From Promethearchaeota archaeon (GTDB lineage Archaea; Asgardarchaeota; Lokiarchaeia; Sigyniarchaeales; SOKP01): a stretch of 45,850 bases of DNA. Shown here one piece after another: positions 28,317 through 39,171 of this stretch (its first letter is position 1; every line of letters begins with the position of its first letter). Position numbers and translations under genes: made by a program. The notes under the pieces are model-generated. The model had not been told where the DNA came from. It did no database searches and saw only the letters and a list, made by a program, of their open reading frames with translations. The stretch covers positions 1 through 45,850 of the forward strand of contig JBHLMP010000031.1 in NCBI GenBank assembly GCA_048938025.1. Reading direction: 5' to 3'.

Positions 28317-30506
28317 TTAAAGATTAAGCTTTTCTTTCCATGACTTCATTGATAACTTCAATTCTTCTCTTTCAGGACGACTTAGTAGTTCAGCTTTTTT
28401 GTTGAGATCAGTACTAGCACCGTGTATACTTTTTAAAATACTATTATATCCTTCTATCTTAACATATTCACTTTGAAATCTTTCTAGAGTAGATGAAATT
28501 TCAATTCCTGTCATTTTATCTATATTATTTATAATATCGTTAAACTGCTTTGAAAGAAAGGATGGTTTTTTCTCCTCTGTTTCTCTTTTTGCTGGAAGAG
28601 GTGCCTCTTTAACTGGTTTAGGCACAATTTGAGGTTCAGGAATAACTGGTTCTAATTTAGCTTCCTCTTTTGAAAGAGAACTTTTAATAGATCTCATAAT
28701 TTCTTTTCTTGCAGAAACCCAAGCATCTTCAAGTACAGGTACAAAAATTTTAATATGTTCCTCAATAATACTTCCTATTCCTGCAATCTCAGTTATGGTC
28801 TCTCCTCGAAACTCAGTTTTTGAAAGTACACATAGGACTACTTCTTCATAATCCCTGTTTATACCCCATAAATTTTGTAGTGAACGATTTCTATAATCAA
28901 CATTATCCATATTATCAAATTCTCGTAAGATCGCTTCATGCACTGGTGATGTAGGATCGATATATGCAGCGATTCTAAAATTTATTCTTGAAGGTCGTTC
29001 TTTTAAAGCATCAATATCAACATCTGTAATTTGAGGTGCAACTACTAAAACTCGCATTTTAGCTTTTGCAATTTCATCATTAATATGAGCCTTAGCACTT
29101 TCCATAGACCGAATAAACCATATATCTTTCATAGTAAATAGCTTGCCCCTTTTTGCTTGATCCCAGAACTCCTTGGTAGTTATCTCGCTGATCTCCAACC
29201 TTTTTAATATATCCTCTAAGGTGTTGTTTAAGGTATCTACAATTTCTCTTGAAAAAACGTCTTTAATATTACCAAAAGATTGAAAAATTCCGCCAGAAAT
29301 GCCATCTATTTTTTCTTCTGCCATTTTTACAGCTTTATCGAAATTTTTACTCATTTCTGCAAATATCTTCTCTGTATCTTCACCAGACTTAGCAGTAATC
29401 CCCTTAATATTTTTTACTGCATCCTCAATTGTTTTTTTTAAGTTTGAAATAATTTCAGTGTCTAATCCTTGAGTTGCTTTTTTCAATTCATCTACAAACA
29501 CAGTTTGACTTACACTTAATTGTATATTAATATTATTTGTTATTTCTTTTAATCGATTTGCTATTATTTTTTCAATTACATCAACCACAGTTTGCTGGAG
29601 TACACCTAAACGTAATTTTCGTAAATTTTCAGCTATGGTTTCTTTTAGTTCTTCGAATTGATCTCTTAATGCATCAAGTTGATTATTAATAATTTGAGAC
29701 GTTTTTGTATTAAGATTTTCAAATTGTTTAGTTAGATCTCCAATTTGTTCTTCTGAAATAGTTTTTGCAAAATCACCAAGACTACTTATATCCACTGAAA
29801 TATTTCTAATGTTATCTATTGCTGCAATAGTATCATCAAATTCTTGTTTTTGGGCATGGATTTGATCTATCATTTTTTGTTTTAAATTACCTATGAGCTC
29901 ACTAGAGTCTTTAAGTTTCTCCATATCTTTAGCTTCAGACTCTAGCTGAGTGAAAGCTTTATCTAATTGAGTTGGTAATTTAGATTTTATATTTGAAATG
30001 TAGTCATAAAAGCTTCTTAACTGAGCAACTAAAGCAGCATAAGGTGGTAACGCAGCATAATGTGGTGTAGCACCAATAATTTCTTTAAATAATCCCTTTT
30101 CAACAAATTTATCGGCAATTGTTTTACATTCGTCTTTAGGTTTACCTATTAAAAGTGACATTTCACCAAGAGAAACCGCTTCTCGTCCAGTTGTTCGAAA
30201 GTATAATTCTATTTCTTCATCATTTAAATCAATCTCACTTAATACTTGTCTTGTTAATTCTTCTGAATATGCAACTTCTTCTTCTTTTTTAACAACATCT
30301 TTAATTTCGAAATTTTCTATCTCCAAATACTGATTAATGAAGACTATTAACTTATGAGACGGTTCACCGTGAACATATTCCTTCTTAATAGGGAATTTTT
30401 TGACCTCCTTATATTCATCTTTAGATACTTTGAACTTAATCTCTCTTAAACATATTTTACAACTAACAGGAATCTCAATTTCATCTTTTTCCTTAAATAG
30501 ATACAT
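28317..30506 (-). CDS. Hypothetical multidomain protein: putative Zn finger, TrmB-like HTH, long coiled coil, TrmB/PLD-like domain
   Basis: CKIC...HGEPSH; DLNDEEIELY...VEKGLF...YAALPP; ~280-aa helical region; INDEIAKAKMRVLVVAP. Confidence 0.6.
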   Translation of the reverse strand: MYLFKEKDEIEIPVSCKICLREIKFKVSKDEYKEVKKFPIKKEYVHGEPSHKLIVFINQYLEIENFEIKDVVKKEEEVAYSEELTRQVLSEIDLNDEEIELYFRTTGREAVSLGEMSLLIGKPKDECKTIADKFVEKGLFKEIIGATPHYAALPPYAALVAQLRSFYDYISNIKSKLPTQLDKAFTQLESEAKDMEKLKDSSELIGNLKQKMIDQIHAQKQEFDDTIAAIDNIRNISVDISSLGDFAKTISEEQIGDLTKQFENLNTKTSQIINNQLDALRDQFEELKETIAENLRKLRLGVLQQTVVDVIEKIIANRLKEITNNINIQLSVSQTVFVDELKKATQGLDTEIISNLKKTIEDAVKNIKGITAKSGEDTEKIFAEMSKNFDKAVKMAEEKIDGISGGIFQSFGNIKDVFSREIVDTLNNTLEDILKRLEISEITTKEFWDQAKRGKLFTMKDIWFIRSMESAKAHINDEIAKAKMRVLVVAPQITDVDIDALKERPSRINFRIAAYIDPTSPVHEAILREFDNMDNVDYRNRSLQNLWGINRDYEEVVLCVLSKTEFRGETITEIAGIGSIIEEHIKIFVPVLEDAWVSARKEIMRSIKSSLSKEEAKLEPVIPEPQIVPKPVKEAPLPAKRETEEKKPSFLSKQFNDIINNIDKMTGIEISSTLERFQSEYVKIEGYNSILKSIHGASTDLNKKAELLSRPEREELKLSMKSWKEKLNL

Positions 30507-30537
30507 TTTTTTATATCATCTCTTTTATTAAATTAAT

Positions 30538-31791
30538 CTAAAAAGTGACCTTCTCTGGATATGTTATCTCTAATAAAGTAAGGGCTTTTTTAGCTATTTC
30601 ATAGGTAATTGCTCCATCAGTATCTTGGTTTTTAAAAGCTTCTCTAATTTTTGGTAATAGATATTCTGGAAAAATAATTAATGGTTTAATATCTGTAAGT
30701 AAAAGTATCCAACTTCGCTTTTTGTCATCTTTTATCTCAGTAATAATATTCAAATTCTTTAAATCATCAAGGAGAATCTCTGTTACAGCAAATTCACTAA
30801 ATATCTTAGGGATTTTATCAAGTGGATAATGGTTATGTCGCATAAGCACAAAAAAATCATATACATCAGGATTTAGCATGATAGATGCTAATTTTTTTGT
30901 TTCTTCAACTGGTTGCGTATACGGATCGTAATTTGAAAAAAAATCCATAACTTTTTGTTTATATTCTGGTAACAATTCATTTTTTGTTTCTTTGAAATGA
31001 TTTAATAGATTTTCATTTGGGATTCTTGCCATAAGAATATCTTTTACTAAGAATAAATATTCTCCTTGGTATTTAATCTCGCCAGTTTTTTTATCTTTTT
31101 CTCCTTTAATCCAGTCACGTCTAATTAAATTTAGTTCTAAAAAAGGTCGTAGTAATATATCTACATTGGGGGTAGTTTTAAATTTTTCAAGTATATCCTT
31201 CATTTCTCTTTTAGATATCGGACGATCACGTAAAACTTCCAAGATTTTCATCCTTTCAACACTATTAAATATTAAAGAAACTTTCTGAAGTTTATCCAAA
31301 TTAGATAACCTATCAACTTGAAATATTGTAAACTTTACTTCATTTTTTAATCTTATATTTATATTAGAGATTAATGAAACCTGTTTTGAACTTTTTGCCC
31401 GTGTAAGTTTATCAAATATTTTATCAAGTCGATTCCCCATTTCTTTAATTAGATCCTCAAAAAGCTCAATTTCATCATCTAATTCGAATATTGATATTGC
31501 TAAGAATTGTGAACCATCAGCAGATTGCTTAAAATATGAAATAATCTGATAAGGAGTTTCTTTTAACCTTCCTGTATAAAAATTACTGTAGCTATACTTT
31601 ACTCCGAAGAGTCCAGTTGTATGTTGATAAAATGTAGCAAATATATCGTTTTCAGCAATCAATATTGCATAATTATCCTCATTATATGTTTCGTCCCTAA
31701 ATTCTAAATGTATAGGTTCGAATTCTGGCTCTATTTCACCTGTTTGTTTTAGGTTAATTTTAAATTGGAATGTCAAAATACCTTGAATCAA
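30538..31791 (-). CDS. Hypothetical protein (longin-like N-terminus, winged-helix-like C-terminal part)
   Basis: RMKILEVLRDRPISKREM...LELNLI HTH-like segment; TTG start after gagg. Confidence 0.6.
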   Translation of the reverse strand: MIQGILTFQFKINLKQTGEIEPEFEPIHLEFRDETYNEDNYAILIAENDIFATFYQHTTGLFGVKYSYSNFYTGRLKETPYQIISYFKQSADGSQFLAISIFELDDEIELFEDLIKEMGNRLDKIFDKLTRAKSSKQVSLISNINIRLKNEVKFTIFQVDRLSNLDKLQKVSLIFNSVERMKILEVLRDRPISKREMKDILEKFKTTPNVDILLRPFLELNLIRRDWIKGEKDKKTGEIKYQGEYLFLVKDILMARIPNENLLNHFKETKNELLPEYKQKVMDFFSNYDPYTQPVEETKKLASIMLNPDVYDFFVLMRHNHYPLDKIPKIFSEFAVTEILLDDLKNLNIITEIKDDKKRSWILLLTDIKPLIIFPEYLLPKIREAFKNQDTDGAITYEIAKKALTLLEITYPEKVTF

Positions 31792-32281
31792 AATTATATC
31801 CCTCGAAAAATGTTATTATTTAAATTATATATAATTATTTCTTAAGCAATTTACTTAATTAAAGTTTATCTAATAATCTTTTAAAAGTTTAATTTTCTTT
31901 GCTTTAATTAATCTGACTTTTAAACAAAATTTAATTCATAATCATGATAAAGATTACAAAATAATCTAATTTATTATGAAGACCTTTTAATTATAGGATT
32001 TTTCCTTGATACAGTCTTTAACAAAAATATCAAATTTTCTAATATAAGATCAGCTTATAACAATTTAAATTATAAATAATCCATTCTTATTAGTTATTTA
32101 TATTATAGAAGGTAATTCTCTAGAATATATGAATAGTTAATGATGATAATAATAGTTAATTTATATTATGAATAAAAAACAAAATCACAATTCAACAAAT
32201 TAAATTATATATCATAAATTCTTACTAATAATTTATATTTTTTAATTTACTTGCAAATATTAATTCAATACTCCAAGATAT

Positions 32282-33922
32282 ATGAAGGAAAATAAGATCA
32301 TGAAATTTACAATTAATAAAAAAATTAGTGCCATTTTAATACTTCTTATATTATTAATTATAATCATAGTTATACCTGGATTAAACTCACCTTTTATCCA
32401 AACAGAAACTGATAATAAAATAATAGATATTAATAATATCCATACCTCAGATTCAATTCGAATCGAATCTGACTTTTCCTCTCAAGGTTCGTGGTTTTCA
32501 GAGTTAGAAGGAGATGAGAGTGATATTGATGCTTCCATAAGTCAAGGTTATGCAAATTATATTGTTATAGGAGATTCAGGTGTCGAAAGCATCGATAATC
32601 CGCTTAGTGATACTGATTGGACTTTATTTAATAATCCAGACTTACCTATATTGCCAGATATTTATGAAATTAACTCATCAGGATGTTATGTTTCTCATTT
32701 GTGGGATGAAGATGTAAACCAAACTCGAAATAGACCTAGTATATATTGGAAAAGAACAATTACCATGCCAGTTAATATGTCAGATTATGTTATTACAGCT
32801 GCTTCTCTTGAAGCCATTTTTAATGCGACGGTAACAGTTTCTCCTCATGGCGAACCTACAGGTGGATATGGTATAGATAGATTAGGAGATGGAAATCCTG
32901 GTGATATTGATGATTATTCAATAGGAGATTATGCCGAATTTTATGTGCTTTTTTCTGATGTTGAGGAGACATTTGAACCGATTCAGGCAGCTTACAATAA
33001 TACCGCATTAGGGGATCTAGGGCAAGATGATCCTGCAGTAGGCAATTTTTCGGATACTCCAATGGATTCAGTTCCTGAAAATATTTTGATTAGCATATTA
33101 AACTCTGTGTTGAAAACAGATGGTTATAATTTTACAATTATATTAGGAATAAACATTTATTGTGAAGATAACGAATCTGGGGAAGATAGAGATAGATGGG
33201 ATTCATTGATAATTCGATCCTTCAATTTAACGTTTAGTTATGAAAAAAAGATTGATAAAAATACAGCTGCATCTTGGAATGGAGTAAGAGAGGGTTTGGA
33301 AAATAGCACAGATATTGTTATTGATGACGCTAACCTTAATTTTGAATATAAAGTTGATCGGCTGTGGCCTGATTTGGCATCGCCCAATTCTGAAATAAGA
33401 TTTTATATTAATGATAAGTTTTACAGTGAGGAGGAACCAATTAAATTGAAAACAGCTCTTATAACTCCTCAGGACGCAAAATCCGGGGGATTTGACGTAA
33501 CTTCATTAATTACAAAAGGTATAAATATAAGTTTATCAATTGAAGTTTTACTAAAAGATACATTTGAATTAGCAGATAACATTACCATATCAATTGATAA
33601 TGTACTTCTTAGAATTAGTTACACTGTACTTTCAGAAAAAAAAAGTACTGAAGAACCAATCATATTTCTAATATTATTTATTGTTGCCTTGGTAGTTACT
33701 GCTGGATTAGGTGGTTATTTATATCTCTATCAAAAAATATTGAAGTATCCAAAACCAGTCCGAAAAGTGAGAAAATATCGATTTTCTTTGAAAAAGAAAA
33801 AAGGTCCGGATGTAACCATTACAGGTCGTGAAAGCGCATTTCATGCTATTTATGGGAGTGAAATGGGTAAAATTTCTGGTTCTTTAAAAGTAAAGCCTAA
33901 AGAAACCATAGAAAAATCATAA
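32282..33922 (+). CDS. Acidic cell-surface glycoprotein, paralog A
   Basis: N-terminal signal/TM, many NxS/T sequons, C-terminal TM followed by KYPKPVRKVRKYR. Confidence 0.8.
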   Translation: MKENKIMKFTINKKISAILILLILLIIIIVIPGLNSPFIQTETDNKIIDINNIHTSDSIRIESDFSSQGSWFSELEGDESDIDASISQGYANYIVIGDSGVESIDNPLSDTDWTLFNNPDLPILPDIYEINSSGCYVSHLWDEDVNQTRNRPSIYWKRTITMPVNMSDYVITAASLEAIFNATVTVSPHGEPTGGYGIDRLGDGNPGDIDDYSIGDYAEFYVLFSDVEETFEPIQAAYNNTALGDLGQDDPAVGNFSDTPMDSVPENILISILNSVLKTDGYNFTIILGINIYCEDNESGEDRDRWDSLIIRSFNLTFSYEKKIDKNTAASWNGVREGLENSTDIVIDDANLNFEYKVDRLWPDLASPNSEIRFYINDKFYSEEEPIKLKTALITPQDAKSGGFDVTSLITKGINISLSIEVLLKDTFELADNITISIDNVLLRISYTVLSEKKSTEEPIIFLILFIVALVVTAGLGGYLYLYQKILKYPKPVRKVRKYRFSLKKKKGPDVTITGRESAFHAIYGSEMGKISGSLKVKPKETIEKS

Positions 33923-33934
33923 TTTTGGAGGAAA

Positions 33935-35719
33935 ATGTTAATTATGAATATTAAAAGATATAAAATAAGTAGAACGTTGCTATTAGCCATTGTTTTATTC
34001 AATATAGCATTTAGTATGGCAATTCTAAATACTGATCAAAATTCAAAAATAGAGATTACAAATCAAAAAAATATTCATACATCTGGAGTAGAGTCATATA
34101 CAAAACAATGGCTTAAAAATTCTGATTTTTCCTCTCAAGAATCATGGGAATCACAGATAATAGGAGATAACAGAGATGCCGTGACTTATATTGGTGAGGA
34201 GCATGGTAATTATGAAATTATTGGAGATTCTGGTGTGAAAAGTATTGATAAGCCTCTCAATGATGGAAGTTGGACTAATAATACTAATCCAAAATTTCCA
34301 ATTGAGCCGGATACTTATGGTATTAATTCTGATGGTTGCTATGTTAGCCATACGTGGAATGAATGGGAGGATCAAACACGTAATACTCCTAGTATGCAAT
34401 GGAAACAAAATGTTACAATGCCAGTAAACATGTCAGATTATATAATTACTTCTGCATTTCTTGAAGTAATATTTAATGCAACTGTAACAGCTGAAGGACC
34501 AAATCCTTCCCAACGTCATATTAATGGTATTGAACGCCCTGGAGATTATACAGAAAGTAATCCCCCTTCTGTACCACAATTTGGAATTGGCGACTCAGCA
34601 AGGTTCTATGTTTTGATTTCAGATGTAGAAAACAATAATGAATATCAAATAGCAGTAAATCAAACAACTGACTTAGGTCAAGACGGACTCCCATACCATA
34701 GTGTTATGGTAAATAATTATACAGATACTCCACTTAATATTGTGCCAGAAGATCTTTTAATTTCTTATTTAACTTCCATTTTAGAACATGATAATTATAA
34801 TTTCACGATTACTTTGGGAATTGATATTTATTGTGAAGATAATGAATATAATGTAGATATTGATGTTTGGGATTTATTAATAATAAGATCTTTTAATTTA
34901 ACTTTCACATTCGAAAAAAGAATTGATAAATTTACTACTGTCTCTTGGAGTCAAACTGGAAATGCCATTCTAGGTACTCAAGTTACAGATGCTAGTCTGA
35001 ATTTTACTTATTCTATTAATGAAACTTGGCCTGAAGCTTTATCACCAAATACTGAGATGAGAATTCTAATAAATGATAATGCATATAAAAGACCAATTAA
35101 GCTAAGTAAATTTACATCAACTTTCAAAGAAGAAAGAATAAATGGAACCGATTTTATTTCTCTTTTTCAGAGGAAGGTAAATATTACTCTTTCTCTTCAA
35201 TTGTTTTTATTAGATACCTTTGCATTAGATCATAATTTAACGATTTCAATCGATGATGTTTATCTTAAAATTACCTATATAGTGGTTACTCTGGAATTTT
35301 ATCAAGAACCTTGGTTCTTTGCGTTACTCTTAATAATTGCTAGTATTATAGGAGCATGTATAGGTGGTTATCTTATTGCGTATTATAAGGTCTTAAGGTA
35401 TCCAAGACCCGTGAGAAAAGTAAGAAAGTACCGAAAAACTTTGAGAAGGACAAATGCTCCGAGTACACCCATTATAGGCAGTGAAAAGGCTTTTAAGGGA
35501 GCATACTTACGCGAGCTCGCAGCTGTTGCCGCTATAGCTAAGGTGAGTCCTGCTGTGCAGAAAACTATATCAGGAAAGGCGACTGAACCCAAACAAGCAC
35601 CCCCAGCAGAAGTTAAAACTAAAACATTGGAAGAAAAAATAGAACAAGATAAGCTTATTGAAAAATCATTAGAAAAAAAAGAAGAGCTAGATAAATTAGT
35701 CGAGAAAGCTAAAAAATAG
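33935..35719 (+). CDS. Acidic cell-surface glycoprotein, paralog B
   Basis: Colinear with paralog A (GCYVSH, TMPVNMSDY, YCEDNE, RYPRPVRKVRKYR). Confidence 0.8.
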   Translation: MLIMNIKRYKISRTLLLAIVLFNIAFSMAILNTDQNSKIEITNQKNIHTSGVESYTKQWLKNSDFSSQESWESQIIGDNRDAVTYIGEEHGNYEIIGDSGVKSIDKPLNDGSWTNNTNPKFPIEPDTYGINSDGCYVSHTWNEWEDQTRNTPSMQWKQNVTMPVNMSDYIITSAFLEVIFNATVTAEGPNPSQRHINGIERPGDYTESNPPSVPQFGIGDSARFYVLISDVENNNEYQIAVNQTTDLGQDGLPYHSVMVNNYTDTPLNIVPEDLLISYLTSILEHDNYNFTITLGIDIYCEDNEYNVDIDVWDLLIIRSFNLTFTFEKRIDKFTTVSWSQTGNAILGTQVTDASLNFTYSINETWPEALSPNTEMRILINDNAYKRPIKLSKFTSTFKEERINGTDFISLFQRKVNITLSLQLFLLDTFALDHNLTISIDDVYLKITYIVVTLEFYQEPWFFALLLIIASIIGACIGGYLIAYYKVLRYPRPVRKVRKYRKTLRRTNAPSTPIIGSEKAFKGAYLRELAAVAAIAKVSPAVQKTISGKATEPKQAPPAEVKTKTLEEKIEQDKLIEKSLEKKEELDKLVEKAKK

Positions 35720-35750
35720 AATTAATACAATTTCCTTTTTTATTTATTCT

Positions 35751-36308
35751 TTATTTTTTTATGTTCAAACAAGCCAAAATTAAGGCATCATGATAAATTC
35801 CGTTGAAATTCAAATATTGCTTGAGTATTCCTTCTTTTATAAACTCACATTTTTGAAAAAGATTTATTGATCTAATATTATCAACCGCAACATGAGCTTC
35901 AAGACGATTTAATTTAAGATGATTAAAGGCGATTATTTTAATTAAGTTTATTACTTTTTCTCCTATTCCTTGTTTCCAATAATCAGGCACTAGCCAAATA
36001 CCTATTTCTGCTCTCATATGCAGCCAGCTTATATTCCAAAGACTAATCGAGCCAGCTTTATTAATCATATTCCCTTCTTTTATTTCTATTATATAATTAT
36101 ATTGACTAAAATCGTTCCAGTATTTAAGATAATTACCAATCAATCTTTTAGAGCTATCAAGTGTCTTTAAAGGTCCTAAGGACATGTAATTAGTAACTTC
36201 TCTCTTTTTTAAGCTATTAAAGAGAAATCTAGCGTCATTTTTAGAAATTTTTCTAAGAAATATATTATTATCATTAATTTCTTCAATAATTTCGATATCT
36301 TGAAACAT
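35751..36308 (-). CDS. GNAT acetyltransferase, RimJ/RimL family
   Basis: AEIGIWL, YWKQGIG, LNRLEA, NIRSINL, EGILK. Confidence 0.88.
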   Translation of the reverse strand: MFQDIEIIEEINDNNIFLRKISKNDARFLFNSLKKREVTNYMSLGPLKTLDSSKRLIGNYLKYWNDFSQYNYIIEIKEGNMINKAGSISLWNISWLHMRAEIGIWLVPDYWKQGIGEKVINLIKIIAFNHLKLNRLEAHVAVDNIRSINLFQKCEFIKEGILKQYLNFNGIYHDALILACLNIKK

Positions 36309-36425
36309 TATTTTCGAAAATTAAAATTCTTCGCACTTTTTAATTTTCAATAGTATAAATTCTATAAGAATAATATAAGTTAAGAATACTTTAAATTTTA
36401 GAAAAAAATAGAAAAAAAAAATAAA

Positions 36426-37379
36426 TTAGATTCCCTTGAAGTGTGGAGTATCTTTTATCCTTTTAGCTCCTTTACAATTTTCACATAGACTTCCATCTTC
36501 CATTTTACCCTTACCGTTACACACAGGACATCTAACTTTTCTATTAAAGGCTGCTATACCCTCTTTAGAATCAAAACTTGAACTATTGACACCAAAACCA
36601 AGTTGCTCCATCATAATTCCTAATTGTGGATATCGAGTTCCAAACTTAACACATTTCTTTATAATAAATAAAGCAGTTGTTGGAGCTTCACCAAGCCATT
36701 TTGCCTTTTCATGGACTAACTTTTCGAATTCTTCTCCGGCAGGAGCCATCCAAGTCACCAAACCCCAATCAAGCATAGTTTTTGCATCAAATTGTTCTCC
36801 AAAATAACCTACACGTAAGGCTCTATTGAGTCCAATTCTTTCAGCTAATCTTGTAACTCCTCCATTTGATGAAAAGATTCCACGATGGATCTCTGGTGTC
36901 CCAAAAATTGCTCTATCACTTGCAATAACAATATCGCAAGTTAAAACTAATTCAAACCCTCCACCCAAAGCAAATCCATCAACTGCAGCAATTAAGGGTT
37001 TGGAAAATTGTGCCATTTCGTCATAATCTCGATGTCTTATTCTCATCGCAATACTCATATGCATAGGAACGTTCATTTTTAATCTTGGATCCACCATAGC
37101 TGCAAGATCTGCACCTGCAGAAAAAGCAGGTTTTTTCGTAAAGTCTTTTGTACCTCTTAAGACTACCGCTCTAATTGAATGATCCATTTCCATAATTCTA
37201 AGAGCTTTTGAAATTTCTGCGACTGTTTGCTCTGTTAAAGCATTTAATCTGTCTGGTCTATTAATTGAAATCACTCCATAATTTCCATCGATTGTTCCTT
37301 CACGAATTACATTTCCATCATCATCTTTTAATGTTGGCCAATCAATCTTTATGTGCTCAAATTTAGTTTCTTCTGCCAT
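36426..37379 (-). CDS. Enoyl-CoA hydratase with DnaJ-type Zn-finger insertion
   Basis: INRPDRLNAL, FSAGADL, GGGFEL, FGTPEI (both Glu present); CPVCNGKG...CENCKG near the C-terminus. Confidence 0.9.
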   Translation of the reverse strand: MAEETKFEHIKIDWPTLKDDDGNVIREGTIDGNYGVISINRPDRLNALTEQTVAEISKALRIMEMDHSIRAVVLRGTKDFTKKPAFSAGADLAAMVDPRLKMNVPMHMSIAMRIRHRDYDEMAQFSKPLIAAVDGFALGGGFELVLTCDIVIASDRAIFGTPEIHRGIFSSNGGVTRLAERIGLNRALRVGYFGEQFDAKTMLDWGLVTWMAPAGEEFEKLVHEKAKWLGEAPTTALFIIKKCVKFGTRYPQLGIMMEQLGFGVNSSSFDSKEGIAAFNRKVRCPVCNGKGKMEDGSLCENCKGAKRIKDTPHFKGI

Positions 37380-37629
37380 TCTTAATACCTTTTTATAATC
37401 TTATCTTTTGTTGTTTTTATTTAATTTTAATAAATTTTAAACAAGTAGTTAAATAATTTTTAAAATTAAAAACTTTCAAATTTTAGGAATTGTTGTAAAA
37501 ATTTTAGAAACTATACTTTAATTAAGTTTAAACTAAATTTATAGAGAAGGCAATGAAAAAAATTATAGAATTAATATTTAAGAATAATTTTTACTCTAAA
37601 TAAGAAAAAAAAGAAAGAATTTTATTAAA

Positions 37630-38829
37630 TTATTTTCTCATTTTTGCAAAATCTCCCGATTTCATCAAATCAATAGGTCTAAAATAATCTTTTCCTGTTT
37701 TGTCAGCTAAATCGTTTAAAACTTTTGCCCATGCTTCATAATTCTTTTTTCCTGCACCAAAAGGGCCTGGAGCATTCATGCCTGCCATGTTTGCATCATC
37801 AATAACTTTAAATCCGCTGGCAATACCCTCATCCAAAATCCGACAGCCTTCATTTAACATTATGGCAAAAATCGTATTTAAATCAAATATACCTGCTGGT
37901 TCAGCTTTTTTAATTTTTTCCATAATTGCATCTCTTCCTTGGCTCCAATCGTAAAATCCCTTTCCGGTTTTTGGACCTAAATCTCCTTTTTCATTTAATT
38001 CTTTTATAACTTTTCCAGGTTCAAAATCAGGAGAAAGAGTTTCTTTATAATAATTCATAATATGAAAGTTTGTGTCAATACCAGTAAAATCTGACAAAAC
38101 GCAAGGTGGCATTGGCATTTTACCCCCCGCATCAGCATCTAAACGTTCCCATGGGATACCTCGTTTGTCTGCTTCATCAAAAGCCCAATGCAAATAGATA
38201 ATAACAGGCGCATTCAATCGATTCACAATAAATCCTGGTCGATCCTTTAATACTGGAGCAATATATCTTTGGCCCCTTAGACATGGTAATTTTCCAGCAA
38301 AATCCATCGCTGTTTCAAATGTTTCATCAGAAGTAAAAGCTCCTTTTATTACTTCAATACATCTCATTAATGGCACAGGATTAAAGAAATGCATTCCACA
38401 AACTTTCTCAGGTGCACCTGAATCTTTTCCAATCTCAGTAATACTCATTGTAGATGTATTCGAAGCAAATATAACATGCGAAGATCCATTATCCATTGTT
38501 GTTTTGCACACTTGCTTCTTTACATCCATTTTTTCAATAACTGCTTCAATAACCATGTCAACATCCTTAACAGCTGATGCTAAATCAATTGATTTTGTGC
38601 ATTTTGCCATTATATCTGCGGCAGTAACTCCTTCACCTAATGCACCTTTTGATTCAAGTTTTTCCATGCCTTCCTTAATTTTCTTATATCCACCATCAAC
38701 AAATTCATCTTTAATATCAACTAAAACAACTTCATATCCTGCCATCAAAGCAACTTGAGCAATTCCAGAACCCATTAATCCCGCTCCTAAGACCAAAATC
38801 TTCTTTACTTCAACCATTTTTAACCTCAA
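37630..38829 (-). CDS. 3-hydroxyacyl-CoA dehydrogenase
   Basis: GAGLMGSG, IEAVIE, ASNTST, GMHFFNP, PGFIVNR, KTGKGFY; start probably MVEVKK. Confidence 0.93.
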   Translation of the reverse strand: MRLKMVEVKKILVLGAGLMGSGIAQVALMAGYEVVLVDIKDEFVDGGYKKIKEGMEKLESKGALGEGVTAADIMAKCTKSIDLASAVKDVDMVIEAVIEKMDVKKQVCKTTMDNGSSHVIFASNTSTMSITEIGKDSGAPEKVCGMHFFNPVPLMRCIEVIKGAFTSDETFETAMDFAGKLPCLRGQRYIAPVLKDRPGFIVNRLNAPVIIYLHWAFDEADKRGIPWERLDADAGGKMPMPPCVLSDFTGIDTNFHIMNYYKETLSPDFEPGKVIKELNEKGDLGPKTGKGFYDWSQGRDAIMEKIKKAEPAGIFDLNTIFAIMLNEGCRILDEGIASGFKVIDDANMAGMNAPGPFGAGKKNYEAWAKVLNDLADKTGKDYFRPIDLMKSGDFAKMRK

Positions 38830-39171
38830 ATCTTCTTTACTTTAATTTTTTGAAAAAATTTCAACATTTAATTAAATCTTATTTTTATTATAACCTTTAA
38901 CATTTTATTTATCTGAAAAGTAAAAATTAATGATCTAAATCTTTACTTTAATTAATGATTATTAACAATTTGTAAAATTTATCGATCTTTCATTTAAAAT
39001 CTCTTCATTTGTTTAAATTTTATTTTTATAATGCAGAATCAGAAATTATTTACTAAATATAAAAAGAATGAATATATAACTAGATTTCTATATTATGATC
39101 GAGTATGGCTTTAAAACCTAAATTTTTATAAATTTCCATGATATATTCAAAATTAAATTTGAGGAAATAAT

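Noticed and set aside
31792-32281. 490-nt AT-rich intergenic region as a replication origin or ncRNA
   Set aside because: No ORB-like repeats, cdc6/orc1 gene or GC-rich structure; consistent with divergent promoters.
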